Shown here piece after piece: positions 27,721 to 42,168 of a stretch of 64,000 nt of DNA. Position numbers and translations under genes: made by a program. The notes under the pieces were generated by a model. That model saw nothing but the letters and a program-made list of their open reading frames with translations, did not search any database and had not been told where the DNA came from. How positions within the stretch are numbered: position 1 is the first letter of the stretch; each line of letters begins with the position of its first letter. Source of the stretch: Octopus sinensis (Eukaryota). The stretch covers positions 119,846,001 through 119,910,000 of the forward strand of contig NC_042997.1 of assembly GCF_006345805.1 (NCBI RefSeq), read 5' to 3'.

Positions 27721-28011
27721 ATATTGCAAGGTTCTGTATACGCGATATATATTCGTACGCCGTGACGTATGTTTTTTAACCATACCTCATGCACTTATTA
27801 CAGGAAATGTTTCTTTTTTCAGGATGAATGTTCGGGTTGTCTCTATTTCCAAATATTTGTATTTTGAGAGCTTCTCCGTTTCTTTTAAATATACATTGTC
27901 TTCTGTTGGGATTAATATATCGATTAGGCAGTACTTTTTCATTCATGATCTCTGACACCTATATCAGATCTACTAGCCTTGATTTAACTATTTGTGCATA
28001 TTGGAATACAC

Positions 28012-28312
28012 AGAATTTTACGGAAATAACCAACCTTTTCTTCCTTCATCTTCAGTTTTGTAATGTGTATTTAAGGGATTGTTGCTATTTTTAGAAATAG
28101 TGTCGGAGATTGGTTGGTGGGGGAGAGCATTATGGTGGGGAGAGTATATTGGAATATTGTATATTCCAATATACACATAAAAAATTCTTTTGATTCCACA
28201 ATGCTCTCCCCCACCAAACAACGTCGCACACTATTTCTAAAAATAGCAGCCATCCCTTAAATACATGACTGAAGATAAAGGAAGAAAAGCTTGTTCATTC
28301 CCCTAAAATTCT
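28012..28312. repeat. Imperfect fold-back (MITE-like) element
   Basis: 28012-28133 pairs with about 28197-28312; internal hairpin GTATATTGGAATAT/ATATTCCAATATAC. Confidence 0.75.
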
Positions 28313-28729
28313 CTATGAATGCTTAAATATGATTCTTTCTGCATATATGTTTCTATACAATCGTGATTTTTGATGAACTTAAAGTAATTATAAATTTATT
28401 TTACAACCTATTTTGAACACATTCATGTAAACTGTTTAAACAAATCTGTTTAAACATTTCCTTTTCTTATCATTTTAAAAGATTCTGTTTCTTAACATTT
28501 TTTTATCATTATTAAAGACTGTATAACTGCATTTTAATACATCTATGATAACCATATTTTTAACACAACAAAGGTTACACAAAGCATTACATTTTACTTT
28601 TGATAATCATTTGTTTTAAGAAAAAGTGAAACCGGTGAAGTCAATAAACATATTTAAAATACCTCTGCATTTTCAAATCTTCTTTCCTATACATTTTTAC
28701 TCGTGCGGTACCTTGCATGTTCACTTTGT

Positions 28730-28764
<35 letters not shown>

Positions 28765-28839
28765 ATGTGTGTATGTATGTGTATGTGTTTGAGTGCGTGT
28801 GTGTGTGTGCGTATGTGTATATAAATATATAATTTTTAA

Positions 28840-30170
28840 AAGGCACAGTACACGTATTTAAGCGCTACTAATATTTTCATATGTTGAGAAATCCTCCAAC
28901 ATATTCTTCATGCGCAAACCTCATAACTTAACGAACTAAAAAGAATTGAATAATAGACGTAACGCGAAAAAAGTCTGAGAAGGCAGCATATTGAAAGCGT
29001 AGAAAGTAAAAACGGAAGAGGAAAAACCGAAAACAAAGCGAAAATCGGAAAACGGAAAGCGAAAACACAAAAGCTAATATGTAAAAAGAAATAATAAGTA
29101 AAGAGATAAAAGAACTATCTTCCTTTGACCTGAAATGATTAGGCCGGAAAAACATCAAGTTCTCGAGAATAGGGAGAATTTCCAATTCACCAAAATATAT
29201 TTATACATATGCATGCACTTAAAATTTCTGTCCTAGATTTCAATAGAGTCGGGGATCTTAGACTTGAACAGAATGTACGCTTTTACAGCCAAAGAAGCTT
29301 ACATTTATTCGAGCCATTCATAGAAGGTGTAGATTCTTCAATAACTTTCCATTTAATCACTTGCTGTGTTTCGTTATCTTTCAGAGTCCATATGTATCTA
29401 GCCAACTGAGTCGAATTAATTTTGTCTGTATGTCGGAAGGTGTTTATGTGATTGGCATAGCGATTTTTAAATTCACCTTCACAGAATCCAGTATAGTTCT
29501 TCTTTTCAGTTGTATTACTATTTAGAGTTGCCTCATATGTGATAGATTTAAACATACATCGTCGGTGCCAGGGACAGGATCATGGGGCGAGACAGTGGCA
29601 ACTGGATTTAGGCTCTTGGTATTGATACTTTTCATATTGAGGCATTCTGTTCATATTTCAGAGAACAGCTATTGATTATTTTCTTGTATCTGTGAGCGGC
29701 TGGAAAGTGTTTCTTTAGGAGAGACAAGAATATTTTACGTATATTAGTTTTTATATTAAGAGCAAAGGGAAGGATGGACCAAATTATTTTACTTCGCCTA
29801 TTTTTAGGTTTCTTATTATTATTCTGATTAATACTAGAGTGGTATTACGTCATCTTTATGCCACTAGATCTCTTATTAATATTTTGATTATCATTAGAGT
29901 ATTTTTACATTAATGTATCTTTAGAGAAAATGTTGGCGAGGGCATTGTTATAATAGGGAGCAGCTTTCTCGAAAATTTCTTTAGAAATGAGGTTAAATAC
30001 TTTTTTATTGATATTAGCATTCAGGTATTTGTTTTACATATTACATGAGTGTGGGAAGGGACTTTATGTATATATGTGAGTTTCGTATTGTGTTTCTGGA
30101 AAGTTTTGTGCGAGGAGGAACTTAGATCTAATTTTTTTATTCGTTAGGATATGTGGTTTGCTCTTGAAAA
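28840..30170 (-). mobile_element. Decayed Penelope-like element (RT thumb + GIY-YIG + pLTR)
   Basis: ORF 29283-29555 has ITYEATL..YTGFCEGEFKNRYANH..LARYIW; hammerhead at its 3' end. Confidence 0.8.
28862..28915 (-). ncRNA. Hammerhead with decayed core (C3A)
   Basis: GCGC-ATGAAGA-ATATGTTG..CAACATAT-GAAA-ATATTAG-TA-GCGC. Confidence 0.65.
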
Positions 30171-30584
30171 TTATGTCTGAGTATTCCTCAACATATGAAA
30201 GTATTACTAGCACTTAAATAAATGCATTGGTTTCAAATTAGGGAAAGGATAGAAGTATTGGGATTGACAAACAGGTTATTACATGTAACTTTATTTTCTC
30301 GATCAAACATATCAGAGCGAATATATTCCCAACAAGTAGATTCGTTTTAATCAACAACTGGTGTATGCAACATGATAGTCGTTGTGCAATATTAAAAGAG
30401 GATGAAAATTAACCTAAACAACTGAATTAGAAAACCAAAATGGTTACACGTTTATTGGAATTTCTCTATAGGTATTATACCGAAAGGAACAGTAAGTATT
30501 CTTTGTATATCTTCATTAATCAATCCATTGTAAATTTGAAATGTTGTATTCATCGTTAATATATTCAAATTATTATTAACAAGT

Positions 30585-30740
30585 TAACGCGGCATTTTGT
30601 CCGTCTTTACGTTCAGCGTTCACACTCTGCCACAGTCTACTTTACTTACCTTCTTCTCAGGGACGATGAAATAACTACCAGTTAAGCACTGGAATCGGTA
30701 TAATCCACAAACACTAAACCAGAAAATTTCAGGCCTTATT
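30585..30740 (+). mobile_element. Decayed SINE family B downstream of the galactosyltransferase stop codon
   Basis: Homology to 16424-16625. Confidence 0.55.
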
Positions 30741-30903
30741 TTAATAAATGATTGTATCTGACGAGGCGTATATAAAATAATAACTAACACCCTGCCATTA
30801 AATTTCAGGTATTATTCTTGAAATTGGTACTAATCGTATGTACTAATAATTGTCTCACGTGGTCTATATAAAATAAAATTTTCAACGAAATCCAAAAGTT
30901 TTG

Positions 30904-32118
30904 TTATTTCAAAATATTTCTCGTTGCACCGGAATGATTCATGCGTTCATTTAATATGTTCCAGAGTTTGTACATAGTTTCGGTATGAGGTATGTGGTAA
31001 ATAGCAGTCTTTCTTTTGTTGTCCTTCAAAATCTCATCCAATGAATCACTAACGATAAATGTATAGGCCGAATTATAATAGGTATGCTTTATACCTAATG
31101 CATTGACTAGCATACCAGTTACATAAACATCATCGACCCAAAAACGAGGAATTTTTAACGAAATTTTGAGTAACCGGACAGGCATGTCAGAGCTCAAGAT
31201 ATAAGCAGAACCCGAGCAATAAACTTCATAAGTTTTATTAGGATATTCTTCAGGTGAAACATACCACTTACTCTTTTTGTTTCTGATGATTAACATTAAA
31301 TCCCATACATTACACAATATAAACTTTTCCCGAGCATACTTGTACAGTTGTAGATATCTCAAATATTTTACCACTTGAAAAATGTCGACTAATATATCAT
31401 CATCTGTTTTCATTATATATGAGATATTTTGGCAGTTTGTTGCGATCCAGCGCAACGCTGCCATTGCTTTGGAATTTAAGTTCCGATATGTGTCGTTGAA
31501 TTCAGTCTGTAATATGTCATTGTAACGGGCAGATTCTACTTTGACCATATCCATAACATGACGGTTGTTGACGACACCCATCACAAATAGTAACTTGATT
31601 TTAAGTTTGCCCAACACTTTCTTGTCGCCCCATGTTTGCCGTATTGCCATACGTCGCTTAGAGTTCTCTGGTGCTGCGTGAATATAAGCAATCATAAAAT
31701 CATCTGGGGCGCAGAGTAAAGAAGGGTTAATGATGTGACGTGTATAATAAGGCAGCTCTTCTGACAACAACGGCAATGATGAGCTGCCCAAAAGTGAATT
31801 TTTAACTTCCAAAATTTCATTTTGTTTTGACTGTAAACCACCATTGACTCTTAGCGATAAACCATGTACTAATGAATTATCTTTGTTTTTCTTATTAATA
31901 TTTATATTCATTGTACTATTGTTATCTAGTGTATTATTCTTCATATTTTTCCTTTCAAACTCCTGTAGATCCTGCCACGAGAACCATGAAAGTATTGCCG
32001 GTTTCATAACTTGTTTCGTCCTAGAAGATAGGTGAATTTGAACGAAAAGTAAACAAAAGGTCAGGAAGACGAGAAATCTGGACAACGTGCGGTATATTTT
32101 GCGTCGGCACAGCAACAT
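30904..32118 (-). CDS. B3GALT1: Beta-1,3-galactosyltransferase 1-like (GT31, type II Golgi membrane protein), single coding exon, 404 aa
   Basis: N-terminal TM segment; RRMAIRQTWG, DTYRNL, KTDDD (DxD), KWYV..EEYP..YCSGSAY and DDVYVTG motifs. Symbol is family-level; exact orthology not established. Confidence 0.93.
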   Translation of the reverse strand: MLLCRRKIYRTLSRFLVFLTFCLLFVQIHLSSRTKQVMKPAILSWFSWQDLQEFERKNMKNNTLDNNSTMNININKKNKDNSLVHGLSLRVNGGLQSKQNEILEVKNSLLGSSSLPLLSEELPYYTRHIINPSLLCAPDDFMIAYIHAAPENSKRRMAIRQTWGDKKVLGKLKIKLLFVMGVVNNRHVMDMVKVESARYNDILQTEFNDTYRNLNSKAMAALRWIATNCQNISYIMKTDDDILVDIFQVVKYLRYLQLYKYAREKFILCNVWDLMLIIRNKKSKWYVSPEEYPNKTYEVYCSGSAYILSSDMPVRLLKISLKIPRFWVDDVYVTGMLVNALGIKHTYYNSAYTFIVSDSLDEILKDNKRKTAIYHIPHTETMYKLWNILNERMNHSGATRNILK

Positions 32119-32183
32119 TGCTGCCGTTAGTCATAATATGTGCAACCGATTTTAGAAAGATTCACTTCAAATACCAGTCTGAT

Positions 32184-32200
32184 CTGTAATAACGAAATAA
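32184..32200 (-). promoter_or_regulatory. Probable splice acceptor 65 nt upstream of the GT31 ATG
   Basis: Minus strand TTATTTCGTTATTACAG|ATCAGAC. Confidence 0.55.
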
Positions 32201-32391
32201 GAATATTAGAAAAAAACTAAATCAATATTTTCGGGTGTACGTATAAATAGATATATACTTACATATATACGTATAGTTACATAGAAGAATCCATACATGC
32301 ATATATACACGCACGCATACATATATATTTGTTAAAATATATATGTCAATCATATTCTTGTTTAAGAAAAGTAAAAATAGATATGCGTATA

Positions 32392-33314
32392 CGAGGTGGT
32401 ATCAAAAATTTTCCACACTACTTAATTTTCATGAAGAATATATTATTTCGGTAACTTTTAACATCATCTTTTTCGAAATAGTCAACTTCGAAATAATCAC
32501 ACGGGCCTCGGCGTTCCTTCCACTTTTGGAATTCGGCCTTGATTTTCTGTAAGCGAATCGAGTACCTGCTGCGATTCAGTCTGCATCACAATAAATTTGC
32601 TGAAATGGCAACCTTTGGGCTGCATTTTTATATTGTGGGGAGAGATGGAAATTGGCAAAGTGCTAAATCTGGTGAATAAGTCGGTGTTGAATTGATACCG
32701 TGTTGTTTTTCGCGAGAAACGCACGAGGGAGGAGAATTCGTGACAGGGTGAATTATCGTCGTGAAGAATCCGATTCTTCACGCTCCACGGATCCGTTCGC
32801 TTTTGCCGAATGTCCTCTCTAAAACGCTTCAAAATGTCGAGGTAGAACTCTCGATTTTCAGTCTGATACTAGGAGACGGATTCTCGAAGCACAATATCAC
32901 ATTTCCGGGAGCAACGCTCGTTGCTGGTCTTCCATAGTGCTCATCATCTTCCAGGGATGTTCTTCCACTTCTAATACGCCAGTGCCGCACGAAACATGAC
33001 GTACGATGAATTATTTCGTCACCGTAAACTTGGCGACGCACGCTCAATGTCTTTGTAGCAGACGTACCAAGTTCAATTAAAATTTCACGTTGGCTCTTTG
33101 TTCCAGCTTCTTGTCCATGATAAACTCGCAAACTACAGCAAAAACGTGATTACAAAAAAGAAAACATTAATTTCACAACTCGGGAAAACAGCGATGTAAC
33201 TCGGTATACTTTTTTAGGAGGGTCACTGCTAACTCTCACTCGCGCGCACAATCATGTACTGCCGTCTGTTGCCGTGCTATAGAACTAGTCCGGGAAATTT
33301 TTGATACCGGCTCG
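32392..33314 (-). mobile_element. Internally deleted mariner
   Basis: Imperfect TIRs CGAGGTGGTATCAAAAATTT / AAATTTTTGATACCGGCTCG; ORF remnants SLEDDEHYGRP and ILHDDNSPCH. Confidence 0.85.
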
Positions 33315-33324
33315 TGTGTGTGTG

Positions 33325-33408
<84 letters not shown>

Positions 33409-34013
33409 GTGTGTATGTATATTTATATATGTATAAGGTGAAGAAATTGTGGAGTTGTGTACCGTAGTGGCTCTTAGTCAGATTTCATGTTGCGTCTAAC
33501 CATATCAAGTAATATTAAACATCAGTAATCGCTTGGCATGAGTAATCCCGATGTAATACTCCAGTTTCGATTCGCTGGATTATGAATAATATAAGAATGC
33601 AATTTTCAGTCAATTATAAACAATGCAGAGATTAGTACATCGTTAAATTTTTATTTTCAATTTTACCATCAGTCATAGAGCAGAATTAGTTTGTTAGATT
33701 GACCAACACGAAGTTCTGTTGCACAGGACATATGCAGTTGTACAAGCAACTCAGCACAGTCCCCCATGCACCTTCTTTCAGAATCTTTCAGAATCTTTAA
33801 CAAGTCTGAATCAAGGTGCACAGCACACTATGGTATGTTGTCTGCGCTACTGCACCAAAACTAGGGGGTGGGTGGCAGAAAGAATTTAGAAACCGGAAAC
33901 ATTCTGGGGAGGAGAAACACGTGGCGGTCAATCATTTATGTTGCATGACCAACAGTAAAGGTAAAAAAAACTGACGAATACAAGCTCCGTATTTTTTGTA
34001 ATTGTTTTATATG

Positions 34014-34086
<73 letters not shown>

Positions 34087-34168
34087 ATCCATTCATGCAT
34101 GGATGCATATAACTATCTATCTTGTATCTATCTATCTTTCTATCTCTCTCTCTCTCTCTCTCTCCTCA

Positions 34169-34226
<58 letters not shown>

Positions 34227-34405
34227 TTACAAAAAAAACAAAAGCCGAAGACGGTGCGTAAACAACAAACAGACATAGTAGTTTAATGCTCGGGAATTAA
34301 GAAAGTCTTTTACACTTCGCGCCTACGCTCTTCGACGGAAAGGATCACAGAAATAAACAGGGAGAGAAAGTAGAAATAGGTTTAATGGCTAACGAGCTAT
34401 CATGG

Positions 34406-34442
<37 letters not shown>

Positions 34443-34471
34443 AAGAAAAAATCAACAAAATTGGATCAATA

Positions 34472-34561
34472 TTTCGGTACAATTGTTTCGTACGAAGACC
34501 AGCTTTATTAAGGCTGCAAATATTGCAGCAAATACAGGTGACCCGTACTTATCAGCCGAAA
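34472..34561 (-). ncRNA. Hammerhead, G8A (CTGATAA) copy
   Basis: Inverted copy of 35266-35355 with a core substitution. Confidence 0.7.
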
Positions 34562-35265
34562 AAAAAAAACATCTGAGTTCTCCAAACATCTAAGGGGTGA
34601 GGCTACACTCCTGAAACATCAGGGATAGTTCTATAAAAATCAGATTTAGATAATAAATGGACTTCCAAAGTTCTTTAATGTTGCACAATCATACAACAGG
34701 TTTTAAAAAAGGATTTTAAAAAACCTCTTATTTTCACCGAAAATGAAAATATAAAACCATCCATAATGAAGTAGGTTTGATTTCTGGAGATATGAGGAGA
34801 GATTTCATACTCACAGACGATGTATTTATCCATAATTAGTCCATAATAAAGTGGGTTTCCTTATGTATGATGATATACTGGTTACATTTCTGATTATTTC
34901 TCAAAACTGCTATGTTAGAATTCTATTAGTTGAAGGAACATTAGTGGAACGTAGAGACAATCACTCACATAGGGTATAATGGGGTAACTGAGAGGAGAAG
35001 GGGTTGTAAATATCCAACTACGCAGATTAGTTTATTTCAGTGGAGACAAACTGACTGGTACAGAATTTGCAAGAATCTAAGAGTTTTAAAGAGAAATGCT
35101 ATTCTTGACCAGTATACCGTTGTTAATTGCTATATAAAGAGGACACGGGAAGGTAATGTCGAGTCAAAGGTTTATTGTCTAAATCTGATTTTTATTGAAC
35201 TATCCCTGATGTTTCAGGAGTGTAGCCTCAGCCCCTTAGATGTTTGGAGAACTCAGATGTTTTTT

Positions 35266-35355
35266 TTTCGGCTGATGAGTACGGGTCACCTGTATTTGCT
35301 GCAATATTTGCAGCCTTAATAAAGCTGGTCTTCGTGCGAAACAATTGTACCGAAA
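35266..35355 (+). ncRNA. Type I hammerhead (canonical core, extended stem II)
   Basis: TTTCGG-CTGATGA-GTACGGG..TTCGTGC-GAAA-CAATTG-TA-CCGAAA. Confidence 0.9.
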
Positions 35356-35500
35356 TATTGATCCATTTTTGTTGCTTTTTTCTTGTTTATAATCACCCCG
35401 CATTATCTTATGGTTAATACCATATAGATTTCTGGTGCATCTAAGTTAAGTACCGCATTCATGTGAATTCAACAGAACTCACTTGAATCTTAATTGCTTT

Positions 35501-35558
<58 letters not shown>

Positions 35559-35578
35559 TATATATATTTATATATGTG

Positions 35579-35678
35579 TATGAAAAAGAAAGTCAAGATA
35601 GAAAATGCTAAAACAAGTTTATAAGAAACATTTCAGTACGCTTTCAGTCATTGAGACTCTTTCAACTGTAAGTATGGA
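35579..35678 (-). mobile_element. Solo pLTR end related to the 51-57 kb Penelope-like element, with decayed hammerhead (35634-35668)
   Basis: Homologous to 51196-51292; stem II AGTC/GACT versus GGTC/GACC. Confidence 0.7.
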
Positions 35679-35723
<45 letters not shown>

Positions 35724-36859
35724 CTGAGAGAGAGAGAGTAGGATCAGATGGGCACAATCTATAAGAAAAACAGTACAATGTCACAACTCACCAGAAATAT
35801 GGAAACGATATGTTATACTGCTTGGCAGTTGCACCAGAAACCCCAATACGAACATTTCAGAGTGTATGGGTGTTAGTCTGAGGACAGTGCAGAGAATTTA
35901 GAAAGAGTTGGATGAGTCTAATGGTGATTACTAAGGTGCGGCATCTCGGAAAAGCGACTCAGATTGTTCTGAATAGAAAAGTACTCGTGAATTTGTTGGT
36001 GTGACCCAGGCCATGATTGACAACAATTCCTCCACGATAATAAGGTCTATCGCCACGAACATGGGAGTTTCTGAGTTCCTTATCAAAGAGGTTATGCATG
36101 AAGACATTCGGTATTCCTCATACAAGTTGAGAAAGGGTCAATTCTTATCGCACGTCATCAAGTACAAGAGGAAATACCACGCTACAAAGCTTTTGAAGAA
36201 ACATCAATGCAAGCCTTTGGTTTTTTCTTGGAAGAGAAGAATTTCCGCCAGGATCAGATGGTGAACAGCAGAACAAACGTTAGCTTACCGTGACCGCAAA
36301 ACATGTACCGAGACTGATAAATATCAAATATCCAGTCGTCATCATGCTGTTTGGAGTGATCAGTAGTGATGGAGATGTTATGCCTCCATTGAACACCCCC
36401 ACACGGCCTCACACTTAACATGGAGGCATGTATGAAATGCCTGGAGGAGGTCGAGCTGGTCTTGGTCAAGAGGGTGGCTGCTGGATGACTCTATATCTAC
36501 CAAAAGAATTCTGCACCATGACACACAAGTAAGTGAAGCTCGTCATGCCTGTCAGACAATTCCAGCGACCACATCACCCCTAACACTTGGCCACATAACT
36601 TACCAGACTTCAACGCCCCTTGATTATTATATGAGCGGTGCAGCTGAGTGTGAGACAAACAAAACTCCTTGTAACACCAAAGATGAATTGAAGGAATATA
36701 TTACGGGCCGATTCACCAACGTAGACAAGAAGAGCGTCCATAAGAACAACAGGAGATTCCGAAGTCCTTTGGAGACAATGGTCAAAACTAAGGGTGATTT
36801 TATTAAATAGATTTACTCTTTAGTACTTCAATATATTTTATGTAATTTTTGTAAATATA

Positions 36860-38148
36860 CGAGGGGCGTTCAATAAGTAATGCCTGACCCACTTGCAGTT
36901 GTTTGATCTAGCTGAAAGTTTGCATGTGCAATTATTTATATCTCTATAGATTAAGTGACAAATTACAGCTCTGAATTAATTGTGGTGTCCGATTTACAGG
37001 TGTTTGAACTGAGTCAAGTGTGAAATGGAGCATGTTGAGTGTCGAGCAGTGATCCGGTTTTTGTATTTGAAAGGACGCACACCATGGGAGACTTTTGATG
37101 AAATGAAAGTAACTTACGGGGACGATGCCCCATCATATGACCTTGTAAAACGCTGGCATCGTGAATTCAAGCATGGTCGGAACTCTGTGGAAACAGCTCC
37201 CAGATCTGGTCGCCCCTTCTGCCATTGATGAGGCATCTGTCCGTCAAGTTGAGGCTGACATTTTGGAAGATCGACGCATAACTATTCGCCAAATAGCCCA
37301 TGAGGTCAAGATTAGTACCGGGTCTGTGGAAACTATCATTCATGACCATTTGCATATGCAAAAGGTGTCTGCCAGATGGATTCCCAGGTTGCTCACGCAT
37401 TTCCAGAAGCAAGAACGCGTCGATTGCTCCAGGATGAATTTGGAGATGTGCCAAGAAGATGAGTCAAAATTTTTCAAAAGACTGATTGCATAGGATAAAA
37501 CCTGGGTCCATCACTATGACCCAGAGACCAAAGCTCATTCAATGCAGTAGAAGCACCGTGACTCACCTCCTCCAAAGAAGGCAAGAGTGCAGCCCTCCAC
37601 TGGCAAGGTCATGCTTACAGTCTTCTGGGACCAGGACGGCGTAGTGAAGACAGATTTCCTGGCAAAGGGTGCCACAATTACAGGAGTCTATTATGCTTCA
37701 ATTTTGAGGAAATTAAGAGAAACTATAAAAATCAAGAGGCGGGGCAAGATCAGCAAAGGCATCCTCCTCCTGCAGGACAACGCTCCGATCCACAACTCGC
37801 GTGTCGCCAGATCAGAAGCACAGGCGTGCGGCTATGAACTCATCTCCCATCCCCCCTATTCTCCTGACCTTGCACCCTCTGATTTTCACCTCTTCCCAGC
37901 CATGAAGTTGTTTTTGAAAGGAAAACGTTTCCCAGATGATGCAGCCTTGATTTCTGAAGTCACGTCGTGGTTGGAGAACCAAGCTGGGTTCTTCTACAAA
38001 AACGGTCTTCAGAGCTGCATCAAACGATGGGAGAAATGCGTAACTCTGTGTGGTTCCTATGTAGAAAATGACTAATAACTGTTCCAAGTTTCGTTGCTCT
38101 ACTGCTATGGGAAGTGGGTCAGGGGCATTACTTATTGAACGCCCCTCG
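36860..38148 (+). mobile_element. Full-length mariner (DD34D) with TIRs and TA TSD
   Basis: TA-CGAGGGGCGTTCAATAAGTAATGCC...GGCATTACTTATTGAACGCCCCTCG-TA. Confidence 0.95.
37025..38075 (+). pseudogene. Mariner transposase pseudogene
   Basis: WIPRLL, QDNAPIH and YSPDLAPSD motifs; frameshift near 37215 and stops near 37491 and 37548. Confidence 0.92.
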
Positions 38149-38318
38149 TATCTATTAAAATAAGATGTCTAAATTATTATAAGTTTTGCATAATGTAGAC
38201 GACAATTTATTCACCGTAACCTATCTATCTTTATTTATATATATGTTGTGTGTGTGCATGCGTGTGTATATGGAGGTGCGTATGTGTGTGTAAGCATGTA
38301 TGTATGTATATAAGTACT

Positions 38319-38350
<32 letters not shown>

Positions 38351-38821
38351 TGTATGTATGTATGTATGTATGTATGTATGCATATGTACGTGTGTGTATG
38401 AGTGTGCCCTGAAAATATGAGAAGCAGAATTTGTAGTTGGTCAGGCACTTTCTTGAGAACGATCGTTTCCACACTCATGCATCCATACCTGACAAGTGCG
38501 ATGGTTTACAACTAATTACAATACATCTCCACAGATGACGCTTCAAAAAACTAACCTGCTTTAACGGGCGCTTCCCTTACTTATATATAAACATTACATT
38601 TTGATTAGTGTAGCATATTCTCCGTCGCCAACGTAAACTGAGATATAATGAAAGTATCAATGAATCACAAGACATAAAATTAGTAAACATGGATAAAAGA
38701 AACAAAGAATGATGAAAATAGAATGATAAAAGAAAATAGAATCGTATACACCGATTACATTGATATATCTTTTGAATGACCATATAATGTGTCTATGTTT
38801 CACAAACTTCCAAAATATTGA

Positions 38822-38902
<81 letters not shown>

Positions 38903-38914
38903 ATCTATCTATCT

Positions 38915-38974
<60 letters not shown>

Positions 38975-38980
<6 letters not shown>

Positions 38981-40410
38981 AAATGGAAAGATGAATTATC
39001 TCGTTACGGATTATTCAAAAGTTTAACCGATACCTGGGTAGCAAAAATCACAGCAGAGAAAACACGGTTGGAGTTATGACCATAGGGTGTTGCAACCGTG
39101 CGTTGGCGCGGATAATTGAAGTTTAATATAATTAGTGAATGGAAGAAATGGAGCTGAACGAAGATTCTACAGAATTCCTTTTATTACATTCTACACATGT
39201 TTCAAAGGCCACAAATTTCCAAATTCTGATTGAATAAGGATACCATATTGCAGCTTTCTCTTCAGGAAAATCCAGGAATTACGATGTCCAAACAAAACAA
39301 AACAAAGGCGCTGCAAGCAACTCGAACAAGAACGCTCCCTAGGAGCCCATGGGGTAAACTGTTTCTTAATGTACGTTGAAATCGGGGTGGAGGCCGACAA
39401 AAAAGTCCGTTGGAATAAATCAAGGTCAGGCCGCGGTCAAATCTGGTAGGTGAGGAAATAATGAAAACAAGGGGTGTGAAGATATTCTGTGTAACCAAAA
39501 TTAATGCTCTGAATATTTTAAGAATTCAGGGTGTCTTATTTAGGTGCGAGAAATAAGCCGTATGGTGGCCGTATGGTGGCGAGGGGCGCGAGATAGTGAG
39601 CACTGCTGAAAGAAGCCGGTCAGGCGGCTGAAATAATTCTGTGCTCGTGTGTCCGTCAGTGGCCTGCTTGTCTAAATTAACCTCGTCAAAAATCAGGGGG
39701 GTATAATTCCTGCCCTTGCTTCTGAAAAACCGACCAATCGCCCAAGGGGAGTAATATCCCCTTGCAAACTTTATTCAGAGATTTTTTTCCCAAAACTTTT
39801 TTCAAAAGTTTTTTTCTTTTATTAGGATATCAAGGTGTTAATTGTCTTAGGTGTCATTTATATGTAAGAAACGTATGACGCCGCCAATGGGGACATTGAA
39901 AAGCAGTCTGTAAAAGCCCGTTTACCAAACGGCCTCTGGCGAACAATATGTGGAAAAGTTCAGAGTTACAAAGATTACATATCCTTCTGCCTCTATCAAA
40001 CGGAAGAGACACCGATAAAATCGACCATTCCAGTCTAAATGCTGAATTCGCGTTCTTCAAACGCCAGATAAGTTTACTAAGTCCTGTCGCTTGATGTTTA
40101 TTAACGTCGCGAAATGTTGTGAAGTGGTTCGATATTCTCACGGCCAATTTTGACGATGAAGCTCCGACATACAAGTAGACATCCGAATCCGCGTAAACCT
40201 TGCATTGGTAAATGGCATTTCTAATCTTGGAATACTAGACAAAAACCTTATTCTATCGGGATTTGCTTCTGATATTAATACTGCGTTCTTATTACTATAA
40301 TGACTGTGAGAACTGCAGCAGCCTACTACATTAAACTCCTCGTTATCAATACTATTTAACGGACTATCCCCTGTGTATTCCCTATCACTGAGAACGCTTC
40401 CATTCACTAA
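38975..40410 (-). mobile_element. 5'-truncated Penelope-like element (GIY-YIG + pLTR)
   Basis: ORF 39854-40174 has YVGASS..RISNH..LSKLIW..CNLCNSE; hammerhead downstream. Confidence 0.8.
39189..39268 (-). ncRNA. Type I hammerhead (canonical core)
   Basis: TTC-CTGAAGA-GAAAGCTGCAA..TTGTGGCCTTT-GAAA-CATGTG-TA-GAA. Confidence 0.8.
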
Positions 40411-40411
40411 T

Positions 40412-40474
<63 letters not shown>

Positions 40475-40779
40475 TTATGTATATACCTCTTATGTGTTTA
40501 AATGTACGCTGTATTTATTTGTATAAGATATAGTATATTGACTAATTTTTCTACACGCTAGGCGATTGGTAGTTAAAATTTCAAAAATTATTTATTACCC
40601 TGATATTATTAATTATATGTATCTATAGAGCAAATAAGAAAATTGAGAGGATATACAATCGACAAATTTCTCACCATTAAACATTCATTTATATCTATTT
40701 ATTAATTGATTAAACACATGTGTGAGTGGTACAAATTAACGAATGGAATAAGTCAATAATTGCATAAACATATACATAT

Positions 40780-42160
<1,381 letters not shown>

Positions 42161-42168
42161 GTTAATAA

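Larger units (their letters stand above)
34436..35503 (+). mobile_element. Non-coding hammerhead element with ~220 bp inverted arms and 3' tail, in (TA)n
   Basis: 34436-34657 is the inverse of 35171-35391; no ORF in the spacer; (TA)n on both sides. Confidence 0.8.
35740..38220 (+). mobile_element. Decayed Tc1/mariner (maT-like) element interrupted by a mariner
   Basis: IRSIATNMGVS HTH, MLFGVISSDGDVMPP and WPHNLPDF motifs; 3' end resumes at 38151. Confidence 0.7.
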
